Shown: positions 36,802-44,086 of the stretch, piece after piece
How the letters are laid out: each line of letters starts with the position of its first letter
Numbering within the stretch: position 1 is the first letter of the stretch
Origin: Bacilli bacterium
Lineage (GTDB): Bacteria > Bacillota_I > Bacilli_A > Izemoplasmatales > Hujiaoplasmataceae
Assembly (NCBI GenBank): GCA_018400565.1
Contig: JAGYMP010000194.1
Coordinates: 1 to 50,065 of the forward strand
Direction: 5' to 3'
Length of the DNA: 50,065 nucleotides
The notes under the pieces: model-generated
The model's input: only the letters and a program-made list of their open reading frames with translations
Database searches by the model: none
Told to the model about the DNA's origin: nothing
Program-made: the position numbers and the translations under genes

Positions 36802-36815
36802 GGGTTGAGTGCTAA
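36789..36815 (-). promoter_or_regulatory. CIRCE operator (HrcA binding site), hsp20 promoter-overlapping copy
   Basis: Minus strand TTAGCACTC-AACCCTTGA-CAGTGCTAA versus consensus TTAGCACTC-N9-GAGTGCTAA (1 mismatch). Confidence 0.85.
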
Positions 36816-36835
36816 AATTTTAATTATTTTTTATG

Positions 36836-36866
36836 CAAAAGAGAAGCCCCCGTTTTTTGGGGGCTT
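36836..36866 (-). terminator. intrinsic terminator after cysK (end of the lpd-led operon)
   Basis: Minus strand AAGCCCCC-AAAAAAC-GGGGGCTT followed by CTCTTTT. Confidence 0.7.
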
Positions 36867-36871
36867 GATAA

Positions 36872-37789
36872 CTATTCAAGCGACAGATATTTTGCACCGC
36901 TGTCGGGGAAAACAGTCACTATCGTTTTGTCTTGGAGTGATTCTTTTCGAATCAGTTGTAAGACAGCAGCCATTGCGGCTCCCGAAGATGGACCGACAAA
37001 CACACCTTCGTTTGTCGCAAGGTCATGCGTGGTCCGATAAGCATCCTCATCGGAGATACTCGCAACCCCGTCCAGCAAAGGACGGTCGAGCGTAACGGGT
37101 ATGAATCCGGCACCGATGCCCTGGATGGAATGTTTCCCCGGTTTCTCACCGGAAATGACTGCCGATTTTTGGGGTTCGACTCCAATCAGTTTCAAATCGG
37201 GAAAATATTCTTTCAAATATCCTCCGGCACCCGTGATGGTTCCGCCTGTGCCTATACCCACCACGAAATAATCGATTGTCCCTTTGATTGCTTTTTTGAT
37301 TTCGGGTCCGGTCGTCATCCGGTGAATGGCGGGATTGGCGGGATTGCTAAACTGATCGGGGATGAACACATCCGTTGATCCCTCTTTGATTGCCTGAGCT
37401 TTTTTAATCGCACCTTTGATACCGTTTTCCTTCGGTGTGAGAATGACTTCCGCACCGTAACGTTTTAAAATGGTGATCCGTTCTTTCGTCACGGATTCCG
37501 GCATGATGATCGTCACATCATATCCCCGCGCGGCACCGATCATCGCAAGCCCGATGCCCGTGTTTCCACTTGTCGGTTCGACGATGCGCACAACTTTTGT
37601 CAAACGGCCACTTTCTTCGGCCTGTTTAATCATGTTATAAGCCACACGGTCTTTCACGGAACCGCCCGGATTAAACATCTCCATTTTGGCATAAACGACA
37701 TTTGTGCCAAGATCGAACGATATGATTTGATAAAGAGGTGTGTTGCCGATCAATGATCCAACCCCGGTTCGTTCAAGCATCTTCATCAC
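36872..37789 (-). CDS. cysK: cysteine synthase A (O-acetylserine sulfhydrylase)
   Basis: PLP lysine motif NPGGSVKDR. TSGNTGIGLA loop. About 305 aa. Confidence 0.9.
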   Translation of the reverse strand: MMKMLERTGVGSLIGNTPLYQIISFDLGTNVVYAKMEMFNPGGSVKDRVAYNMIKQAEESGRLTKVVRIVEPTSGNTGIGLAMIGAARGYDVTIIMPESVTKERITILKRYGAEVILTPKENGIKGAIKKAQAIKEGSTDVFIPDQFSNPANPAIHRMTTGPEIKKAIKGTIDYFVVGIGTGGTITGAGGYLKEYFPDLKLIGVEPQKSAVISGEKPGKHSIQGIGAGFIPVTLDRPLLDGVASISDEDAYRTTHDLATNEGVFVGPSSGAAMAAVLQLIRKESLQDKTIVTVFPDSGAKYLSLE

Positions 37790-38690
37790 TTAGTTTCTTA
37801 TCGTTTGAGTGAATCTGATGATCGGGGATTTTGATAAACACTTTGGCCTTTTTGGGAACGGATGATGTGATGAACACATTCGATCCGATCGTCGAGAGAG
37901 CACCGATGGTGGTGTCACCGCCCAAAATGGATGCCCCGGCATAAATGGTCACGTCATCTTCGATGGTGGGATGGCGTTGTTTGCCTTTTAAACTCCTACC
38001 GCCTTTTAACGATAACGCCCCTAGGGTCACACCCTGATAAATCTTTACGCGATCGCCGATAAGAGTCGTTTCACCGATGACGACACCCGTGCCGTGATCG
38101 ATGAAAAACGATTCACCGATCGTCGCACCGGGATTGATGTCGATACCGGTTCTTCCGTGGGCATGTTCCGTCATCATCCTCGGAATAAGCGGCACTCCGA
38201 GTCTATGGAGTGCATGCGCAATGCGATACACCATGATTGCATACAACCCGGGGTAAGAAACGATGACCTGGTCACGGTTGAACGCAGCCGGATCGTTATC
38301 AAGATGTGCTTTCACATCTTTGCGTAATCTTGAGCGGATGGCAGGAATCTCCTCAATGAATTTGACGCAAAGCTGGCATGAATGCTTGCTGATCATTTTG
38401 TTTTTTTCTTCATCGGCAAGATACAACAATGCATACGAAATTTGTTTTTTCAAAAGTTTCTCGAGTTTTTTCACATGGCGTTTCGTTTTCCGTTTGTTTC
38501 CAAAAACACTGACATTGGTCTTGGAAAAATAACCGGGGAAAAGCAGTTCCCGGGTTTCATCAATGATTTTGATTAAATCCGCATTCGAAGGAAGGCTGCA
38601 CGAACAATGATCCTTTTCGATCGGTTCTTCTGTATATGCTTTCAAGATGGCCGTCACGGCCGCTTTAACACGTTCTTTCAAATCACTCAC
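37773..38690 (-). CDS. cysE: serine O-acetyltransferase (long form)
   Basis: Left-handed beta-helix hexapeptides GIDINPGATIGESFFIDHGTGVVIGETTLIGDRVKIYQGVTLG. 17-nt overlap with cysK. The track start is GTG 38690; TTG 38681 fits the GAGGTG SD better. Confidence 0.85.
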   Translation of the reverse strand: MSDLKERVKAAVTAILKAYTEEPIEKDHCSCSLPSNADLIKIIDETRELLFPGYFSKTNVSVFGNKRKTKRHVKKLEKLLKKQISYALLYLADEEKNKMISKHSCQLCVKFIEEIPAIRSRLRKDVKAHLDNDPAAFNRDQVIVSYPGLYAIMVYRIAHALHRLGVPLIPRMMTEHAHGRTGIDINPGATIGESFFIDHGTGVVIGETTLIGDRVKIYQGVTLGALSLKGGRSLKGKQRHPTIEDDVTIYAGASILGGDTTIGALSTIGSNVFITSSVPKKAKVFIKIPDHQIHSNDKKLSDEDA

Positions 38691-38701
38691 CTCATAGGTT
38701 G

Positions 38702-38710
38702 ATTATAGCA
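38702..38710 (-). promoter_or_regulatory. extended -10 element (TGCTATAAT) upstream of cysE (possible internal promoter)
   Basis: Minus strand TGCTATAAT in the 57-nt gap before cysE. Only a poor -35 (TTAGTG). Confidence 0.3.
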
Positions 38711-38730
38711 TATCATCTAACTTACACTAA

Positions 38731-38756
38731 ATGATGTGATGAAAGAATCACATCAT
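38731..38756 (-). other. perfect 10-bp inverted repeat (hairpin) covering the stop codon of the CxxC-membrane fusion gene
   Basis: ATGATGTGAT-gaaaga-ATCACATCAT. The TGA stop lies at 38748-38750, inside the right arm. No clear U-tract follows. Confidence 0.6.
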
Positions 38757-39953
38757 CAACCATTCGGGAAAGAAGACCAAAACCAACCCCAAAACAAGCA
38801 TGATCACCGCGCCAATCAATTTGGTCAACTTCGTATACCGATTGGACACTCCGGTCACTTCCAATGTCACCATGGCAAGCGTGAAGATGATCAGATCATC
38901 CAGCATAAAGAAAAACACATACAATAAAATGTAAAAGTGATAGGTCATCGCCGGCAACTGATGGAAAGCAAGGATCTGCGTGAAAAGCAAGGGCAGGCCA
39001 AGTGAACATGCAAGTTCAATCAAATTGACAGTGAATGCCAAGGCAATGATTCCCAAAAGGGCGGGAATCAACGAAGCTTCACGAACAATTTTTTTCGTTT
39101 TGACCATGATGCTGCGACGCCGCGTTTCATCGGTGACGTCACAACCGACATCCTTCTTCTTATAAGACAGGATGGCTTTGAAGAATTGATACGCCCCGAA
39201 GCCAAATGCCAACAGACCGATGACCATCCTGAGAGCATTGACGGACACGATCCGGAATGCAACCTGAAGCCAGGCTTCCATAAACAAAAAATAGACGAAT
39301 GCGGAAATGAATATGAACACGCTTCCCAATATCCACATCCGTTTTTTGTTTTTGGTCTGCAAAAGCATCGTGATCAAAAAGACCAAGACCCAAAGCGCAC
39401 ACGGATTGAACCCGTCAACGATTCCGATGACGACGGCTGCAAGAACAAGTGAGAGGTTTCCGATGTCAACCGTGCCAATCAACGGAATGTCGATTAGATC
39501 CCCTTCTTCGAAGCCGGGATCATCAAGATAACTCTCGTCAATTTCCTCACCGTTGATGATTTTACCGACGACATCGACATAATCACCCGATTCATAACGG
39601 ACGACGGCTTGTTCGATATCACGCTTTGTCTGATCATTGAAACCGTAAAACGCCAATCCCCCGACCACGATGAAAGGTGTTTGTGCTTGCTGCATATCAA
39701 ATACGCTGCAGACTTCATCAAACAAGATCGCATTCGCATCTTCACCCGTGACTTCATAGCGATGGAGCGTCACATCATCACGTTCCGCAAGATTCGTCAA
39801 AAACACGTCGGCTTCATCACAGTGTCCGCAAATCTCATCATAAAAAAAATGGATGTCAACCGTGTTTTCAGCCTTTATGTTGGTCCCGAAGGAAAAAAAC
39901 ACAGCAAAAGCCAACATCACCAATAAAATTTTTTCAAACGTCAGTCTCTTCAT
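38748..39953 (-). CDS. fusion of an exported thioredoxin/glutaredoxin-fold CxxC domain with a CcdA/DsbD-like thiol-disulfide membrane domain
   Basis: Signal-like N-terminus (KILLVMLAFAVFFSFGTNIKA). CGHC plus cis-Pro TPFIVVGG. About 6 TM helices with Cys in DGFNPCALWVL and LIELACSLGLP. ATG 39953 follows the GAGGAGA SD. 20-nt overlap with the upstream trx gene. Confidence 0.55.
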   Translation of the reverse strand: MKRLTFEKILLVMLAFAVFFSFGTNIKAENTVDIHFFYDEICGHCDEADVFLTNLAERDDVTLHRYEVTGEDANAILFDEVCSVFDMQQAQTPFIVVGGLAFYGFNDQTKRDIEQAVVRYESGDYVDVVGKIINGEEIDESYLDDPGFEEGDLIDIPLIGTVDIGNLSLVLAAVVIGIVDGFNPCALWVLVFLITMLLQTKNKKRMWILGSVFIFISAFVYFLFMEAWLQVAFRIVSVNALRMVIGLLAFGFGAYQFFKAILSYKKKDVGCDVTDETRRRSIMVKTKKIVREASLIPALLGIIALAFTVNLIELACSLGLPLLFTQILAFHQLPAMTYHFYILLYVFFFMLDDLIIFTLAMVTLEVTGVSNRYTKLTKLIGAVIMLVLGLVLVFFPEWLMM

Positions 39954-40209
39954 AAATCTCCTCAATTGCCTGTTTGATTTTTTCTTCGCTCATCTCCCCT
40001 GTGAGCCGCTTTACCTCTTCGCCGCCTTTAATGAAAACAACAACCGGGAGCGTCGTTCCGACGTTATAGGATTTGATTTTGTCACGATCCTCATCATAAT
40101 CATAATCGATGATCGTCATATCGGAATAATCCGAAAAAACATGTTTCCATCGTTTCTTCATCAACAAACAACTCATGCACCAAAGAGCGGTGATGCGGAT
40201 TACTTTCAT
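39934..40209 (-). CDS. small cytoplasmic thioredoxin-family protein (WCMSC active site)
   Basis: MKVIRITALWCMSCLLMK...TLPVVVFIKGGE, i.e. WCxxC plus a cis-Pro loop, 91 aa. ATG 40209 forms ATGA with the desulfurase stop. The longer track ORF is an out-of-frame overlap with the desulfurase. Confidence 0.75.
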   Translation of the reverse strand: MKVIRITALWCMSCLLMKKRWKHVFSDYSDMTIIDYDYDEDRDKIKSYNVGTTLPVVVFIKGGEEVKRLTGEMSEEKIKQAIEEIYEETDV

Positions 40210-41321
40210 CTCAGGTTCATCTCCTTGAAAGTGACACATAAGGATTCGATGTCCTCCATTGTCGTATCGTGGGACAATGAAATTCTCAGTGACGAACGGG
40301 CTCTTTCCTTTGAACCGGTGAGTGTCATGATCACGCGTGACAGGCTTGCGCCCGATGAACACGCCGTTTGCGTTGAAACATATATGCCTTTATCAGACAA
40401 CGCCTTAAGCAGCTCGCTGGCTTCATAACCGATGAAACTCACATTGACGATATGGGGCACGGCATCGTCTGAGAAATTGGGCTGAAACGAATCAAAACAT
40501 TGAGACAACCTGTCAATCAGGGATTTCTTCAGTCGTCTGACATGCTCATATTGTCGGTCACGTCTTTCATAAGCTTTCTTGAGAGCGTATCTCAGCGAAA
40601 GGATCAAAGCCGTGGCCGGTGTCCCGCTTCTGAGATGATCGAGGGCGTGGCCACCGTCAATCATGCCTTTCAAAGGTATATCCTTTCTGCGGATCAAAGC
40701 ACCGATGCCGCGGATGCCGCCGAATTTATGGGCCGATAAGGATGCAAGATCGAGCATGTTGATATCATAAGCGATCTTTCCAGTGGCCTGTGTCACATCG
40801 GAGTGAAACGTGATGTTCGGATAATCGTCCAACAATGTTTTGATGTCAGTGATATTTTGAACGATGCCGGTCTCGCTTTGGACCATGCCGATGGAAACAA
40901 GAATGGTATCCCTTCTCAACAAATCCTTTAATCCTTTTAAATCGACATGTCCGTTTGCATCCAAAGGAACCATGTCAATGTCATATCCCTGATCGACAAG
41001 TCGGCTAAAGCATGCCATGACCGATGGATGCTCAAACGGAGTCGTCAGAATATGGCGCCCAAGATGCTTTTTGGCGGCGGCCGTACCTTTAATCGCAAGG
41101 TTATTGGCTTCGGTGGCGCCGCTGACATAAGTGATGGCATGGTGGTTTGCCTTAAGCAAACCTAACACATCGTCAGTGGCGCCATTAATCGCTTCTAAAG
41201 CTTCTTTTCCCAAATCGTGTGATGAATTCGGGTTTGCGAAAAAACGTCGACTGTCATCGACAAACTGTTGCAACACCTTGATATCGGGCTTGGTGGTCGC
41301 GGTCTGATCGAGATAAATCAC
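40206..41321 (-). CDS. class-I (NifS/IscS-type) cysteine desulfurase
   Basis: PLP lysine SAHKFGGIRGIG. Catalytic loop TQTACSSGAS. GTG 41321 lies 7-8 nt after the GAGGGGGG SD, which overlaps the sirtuin stop. Confidence 0.85.
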   Translation of the reverse strand: MIYLDQTATTKPDIKVLQQFVDDSRRFFANPNSSHDLGKEALEAINGATDDVLGLLKANHHAITYVSGATEANNLAIKGTAAAKKHLGRHILTTPFEHPSVMACFSRLVDQGYDIDMVPLDANGHVDLKGLKDLLRRDTILVSIGMVQSETGIVQNITDIKTLLDDYPNITFHSDVTQATGKIAYDINMLDLASLSAHKFGGIRGIGALIRRKDIPLKGMIDGGHALDHLRSGTPATALILSLRYALKKAYERRDRQYEHVRRLKKSLIDRLSQCFDSFQPNFSDDAVPHIVNVSFIGYEASELLKALSDKGIYVSTQTACSSGASLSRVIMTLTGSKERARSSLRISLSHDTTMEDIESLCVTFKEMNLR

Positions 41322-41334
41322 ATGCGTTCCCCCC

Positions 41335-42063
41335 TCAGATGGTAAGTTCATCACATGTTTCAGCGATTTTACCATAGTAAGCAAAATCAAAATAGATGTC
41401 TTTTGATGTTTTCGTTTTGTTCATCAGCAATGTCTTCCCTGAGGCAAACGTGTATAATTCACTGGCCGGTGCGACATTGAGGGACGTTCCACCCACAATT
41501 AAAAGATCACTATGCTCGATGGCTTCGACGGCTTTCTGAAGCACGTCCTGGGGAAGCATCTCGCCGTAAAGCACAACATCCGGTTTGATCAAGCCACCGC
41601 ACGCATCGCATCGCAGTTCGGGGTATGAATCGATATATTCCTTCAAAGAAAATGCCTTGCCACAGCGAACACAATAATTATCATGGACCGATCCATGCAA
41701 TTCAAGAACGTTCTTTGAGCCTGCTTTCTGATGCAAACCATCGATGTTTTGGGTGATGACGGCATTCAATTTGTTTGCGTTTTCCAATTCGGATAAATAG
41801 CTATGACATTGATTTGGTTCCGCATCCGGATGTAAAATCTCTGATTGATAGAATTCAAAAAAAGCTTTCGGACGATTCATAAAGAAATTATGACTGAGAT
41901 AATGTTCGGCCGGATAAGGGAATTCTTTATTATTAATACCGTCTGACCCGCGAAAATCGGGAATGCCGGATTCTGTGGAAACACCGGCGCCACCCAGGAA
42001 AACAATGGCATCATGTGAATCAATCAGTTTCTGAACATCCGAGATATTCCTTAATGTTCTCAC
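41335..42063 (-). CDS. cobB: NAD-dependent protein deacylase, canonical Sir2/CobB type
   Basis: GAGVSTESGIPDFRG, QNIDGLH, ELHGS catalytic His, Zn ribbon CVRCG...CDACGG. GTG start within a GTGA overlap with the lpd stop. Confidence 0.85.
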   Translation of the reverse strand: MRTLRNISDVQKLIDSHDAIVFLGGAGVSTESGIPDFRGSDGINNKEFPYPAEHYLSHNFFMNRPKAFFEFYQSEILHPDAEPNQCHSYLSELENANKLNAVITQNIDGLHQKAGSKNVLELHGSVHDNYCVRCGKAFSLKEYIDSYPELRCDACGGLIKPDVVLYGEMLPQDVLQKAVEAIEHSDLLIVGGTSLNVAPASELYTFASGKTLLMNKTKTSKDIYFDFAYYGKIAETCDELTI

Positions 42064-43460
42064 TTGTCATCAACAAAATGGATGGCTTCTTTATCAAGCC
42101 CCAAAACCATTTCGTGGATTAATTCCTCAATGGTCGGATGGGCAAAAACCATATCCTTAACCATATCCGTTCCGGTATGCATCGTCATCATGATCGGAGC
42201 GATGAGGTGTTCGGCATCCGTGCCGAACACGGTCGCACCCAGTAAGTTGCCGTCTTTGTCCTGGATCGTTTTGATGAAACCGGTGCGATCATTCAAAATC
42301 AATGCTTTCCCGTTGGCTGCATACGGCACTTTTAGCACATCGTATTCGATGCCCTCTTCTTTTAACTCCGTTTCAGTTTTGCCGACATAAGCGATTTCAG
42401 GCGTCGTGAACACGACGCTCGGGACCATCGAATAATCCATTTTTTTATCCTTGCCTAAAATATTGTCGACAGCAATAAGAGCCTGATGACTAGCGACATG
42501 GGCCAACATCATCTTGTTTGTGACATCACCGATGGCATACATGTTCTCTAACGACGTTTTCATGGTTTCATCAACCGTGACAGCATTCTTTTCGATGTTG
42601 ATCGACGTGTTCCTTAAACCGAGTCCATCAACATACGGTTGACGTCCAACGGCCTCAAGAATGAGATCCGCTTCGACGGTTTTGGTTTTATCATTGCGTT
42701 CATAGGTAACTTTTGCTTTTCCGTTATCGGTTTTTTCGATTTTCTGTGCACCAGCCTTGGTTTTTACGGTGATATTGGCTTTTTTCGCGTATCGCAGAAG
42801 ACGTTTGGAGACATCTTTGTCAATCATCGGCAAAATCTGCGGCATGAATTCAAGCACGGTCACATCAACGCCGAGCATGCCAAAAATAAAGGCAAATTCC
42901 ATACCAATGATGCCTCCGCCGATGACAATCATTGATTCCGGCAATTTCTCAAGTGACAATATCTGGGTTGAATCTTTGACCACATCAAGATCGATGCCTT
43001 CGATTGGAAGGTGTTTGGGCACAGAACCCGAGGCAATCACACAAGAATCGAACCCGTATGTCAGAGTTTCGTCATCCGTTTCAATCTGCACGGTTTCATC
43101 ATTTTTGAACGTTGCCGTCCCGCGGATGACATCCACTTCATAGTGTTTCAACAGATATTCGATGCCGCCGACAAGTTTTTCGGTGACGTCATCTTTGTTC
43201 TTTATAATGGCTTCAAAATCGACGTCAACATCGATTTTGCCAAGACCGGGCATGTCCCCGGCGGTAACTTTATAAATCATCCTCGCGGATTTGATCAACG
43301 CTTTAGTCGGGATACATCCGACGTTAAGACATGTCCCTCCGACCCATTCTTTTTCAACAAGTGTTGTTTTAAGTCCGTTTTTGGCGGCGCGAATGGCTGC
43401 CACATAGCCACCCGGGCCAGCACCGATAATCATTAAATCCGTATGGTGTTTGTTTTTCAT
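42060..43460 (-). CDS. lpdA: dihydrolipoyl dehydrogenase-type flavoprotein disulfide reductase
   Basis: IIGAGPGGYVAA FAD fold. Redox disulfide GGTCLNVGCIPTKAL. C-terminal FAHPTIEE His-Glu pair. ATG 43460 fits the AAAGGA SD better than 43469. Confidence 0.88.
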   Translation of the reverse strand: MKNKHHTDLMIIGAGPGGYVAAIRAAKNGLKTTLVEKEWVGGTCLNVGCIPTKALIKSARMIYKVTAGDMPGLGKIDVDVDFEAIIKNKDDVTEKLVGGIEYLLKHYEVDVIRGTATFKNDETVQIETDDETLTYGFDSCVIASGSVPKHLPIEGIDLDVVKDSTQILSLEKLPESMIVIGGGIIGMEFAFIFGMLGVDVTVLEFMPQILPMIDKDVSKRLLRYAKKANITVKTKAGAQKIEKTDNGKAKVTYERNDKTKTVEADLILEAVGRQPYVDGLGLRNTSINIEKNAVTVDETMKTSLENMYAIGDVTNKMMLAHVASHQALIAVDNILGKDKKMDYSMVPSVVFTTPEIAYVGKTETELKEEGIEYDVLKVPYAANGKALILNDRTGFIKTIQDKDGNLLGATVFGTDAEHLIAPIMMTMHTGTDMVKDMVFAHPTIEELIHEMVLGLDKEAIHFVDDK

Positions 43461-43497
43461 ATGCTTCATCCTTTAAAAAGAGTTTTTGTTCTTCTTC

Positions 43498-43526
43498 ATT
43501 ATATCAATTCCGCCATCACAATTCAA
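43498..43526 (-). promoter_or_regulatory. putative promoter of the lpd-led operon: TTGAAT-17-TATAAT
   Basis: Minus strand TTGAAT (43526-43521), 17-nt spacer, TATAAT (43503-43498), about 38 nt upstream of ATG 43460. Confidence 0.55.
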
Positions 43527-43600
43527 TCGACTCAGCTTAAAAACATGACTTGCTGTTTTCGCCCCGGCGTGATATGCTTTTTATGAAAGGAAGTCATACC

Positions 43601-44029
43601 ATGAATCGACCTTCAATTGAAATGAAAGGTTCGGATGGTCACATGTACCATTACGATCTGTTCAGAAATCAAAAACATATCGTGCACATCGTCACAAAAC
43701 CAACCACATCCCATCTTCATCAGGCAGTGAAACGGGTTAAGCGGATCAACCTAGATTTTTCAGGCAAAGGTTATGCGTTCTATGTCGTGTGCAACATGCC
43801 CGAGCGTCGTTTTTTTGAGTTTATCACCGAGCTGAAAGATAAACCGCTGTGGCTGCTCGACAAAGACTTCCGATTCACTAAAAGATATCTTTCTGAGACA
43901 CTTGATCAGACGAAAACATGGGATCATCATGACTTAACACTCATTGTCGGTGAGGACGGTTCTCTTTTGCAAAAAATATCGTATCATCAACCTTCACCCC
44001 ATTTTGAAAAGAATTTAAATGACCGCTGA
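43601..44029 (+). CDS. small hypothetical protein, by-eye AhpC/TSA (BCP)-like thioredoxin fold lacking the peroxidatic Cys
   Basis: ATG 43601 lies 7 nt after the AAAGGAAG SD. Own terminator at 44021-44046. Pattern ...HIVHIVTKPTTSHL...GYAFYVVCNMPE...PLWLLDKDFRFTKRYL...LTLIVGEDGSLLQKI resembles the Prx/BCP layout. The assignment is weak. Confidence 0.45.
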   Translation: MNRPSIEMKGSDGHMYHYDLFRNQKHIVHIVTKPTTSHLHQAVKRVKRINLDFSGKGYAFYVVCNMPERRFFEFITELKDKPLWLLDKDFRFTKRYLSETLDQTKTWDHHDLTLIVGEDGSLLQKISYHQPSPHFEKNLNDR

Positions 44030-44046
44030 AACGCGGTCTTTTTTTA
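44021..44046 (+). terminator. intrinsic terminator after the 142-aa gene
   Basis: GACCGC-tgaaac-GCGGTC followed by T7. The stop codon lies in the loop. Confidence 0.7.
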
Positions 44047-44059
44047 TGATAGAATAAAA

Positions 44060-44086
44060 TTAGCACTCTAACCTTGACAGTGCTAA
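44060..44086 (+). promoter_or_regulatory. CIRCE operator upstream of clpB
   Basis: TTAGCACTC-TAACCTTGA-CAGTGCTAA. Same arms as the hsp20 copy; the spacer differs at 2 of 9 positions. Confidence 0.85.

Noticed and set aside
40210-40362. 51-codon extension of the thioredoxin ORF; similarly 26707-26796 for membrane subunit B and 41322-41390 for the desulfurase
   Set aside because: The extensions are out-of-frame overlaps with the 3' end of the upstream gene. The internal starts are supported differently: the trx and membrane-B ATGs form ATGA/TGATG junctions with the upstream stop, while the desulfurase GTG 41321 is supported by the GAGGGGGG SD that overlaps the sirtuin stop (13-nt gap, no stop overlap). 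All three give family-typical N-termini.
40206-41321. Cysteine desulfurase as DndA of a DNA phosphorothioation system
   Set aside because: No dndBCDE or dptFGH-like genes occur anywhere in the window. The neighbours are redox and cysteine-metabolism genes.
41335-42063. Sir2-domain gene as a possible anti-phage SIR2 NADase effector
   Set aside because: It carries the full canonical deacylase signature (GAGxS...FRG, QNIDxLH, catalytic HG, four-Cys zinc ribbon). It has no fused or adjacent HerA, TIR, pAgo or DSR-type partner. It looks like housekeeping CobB.
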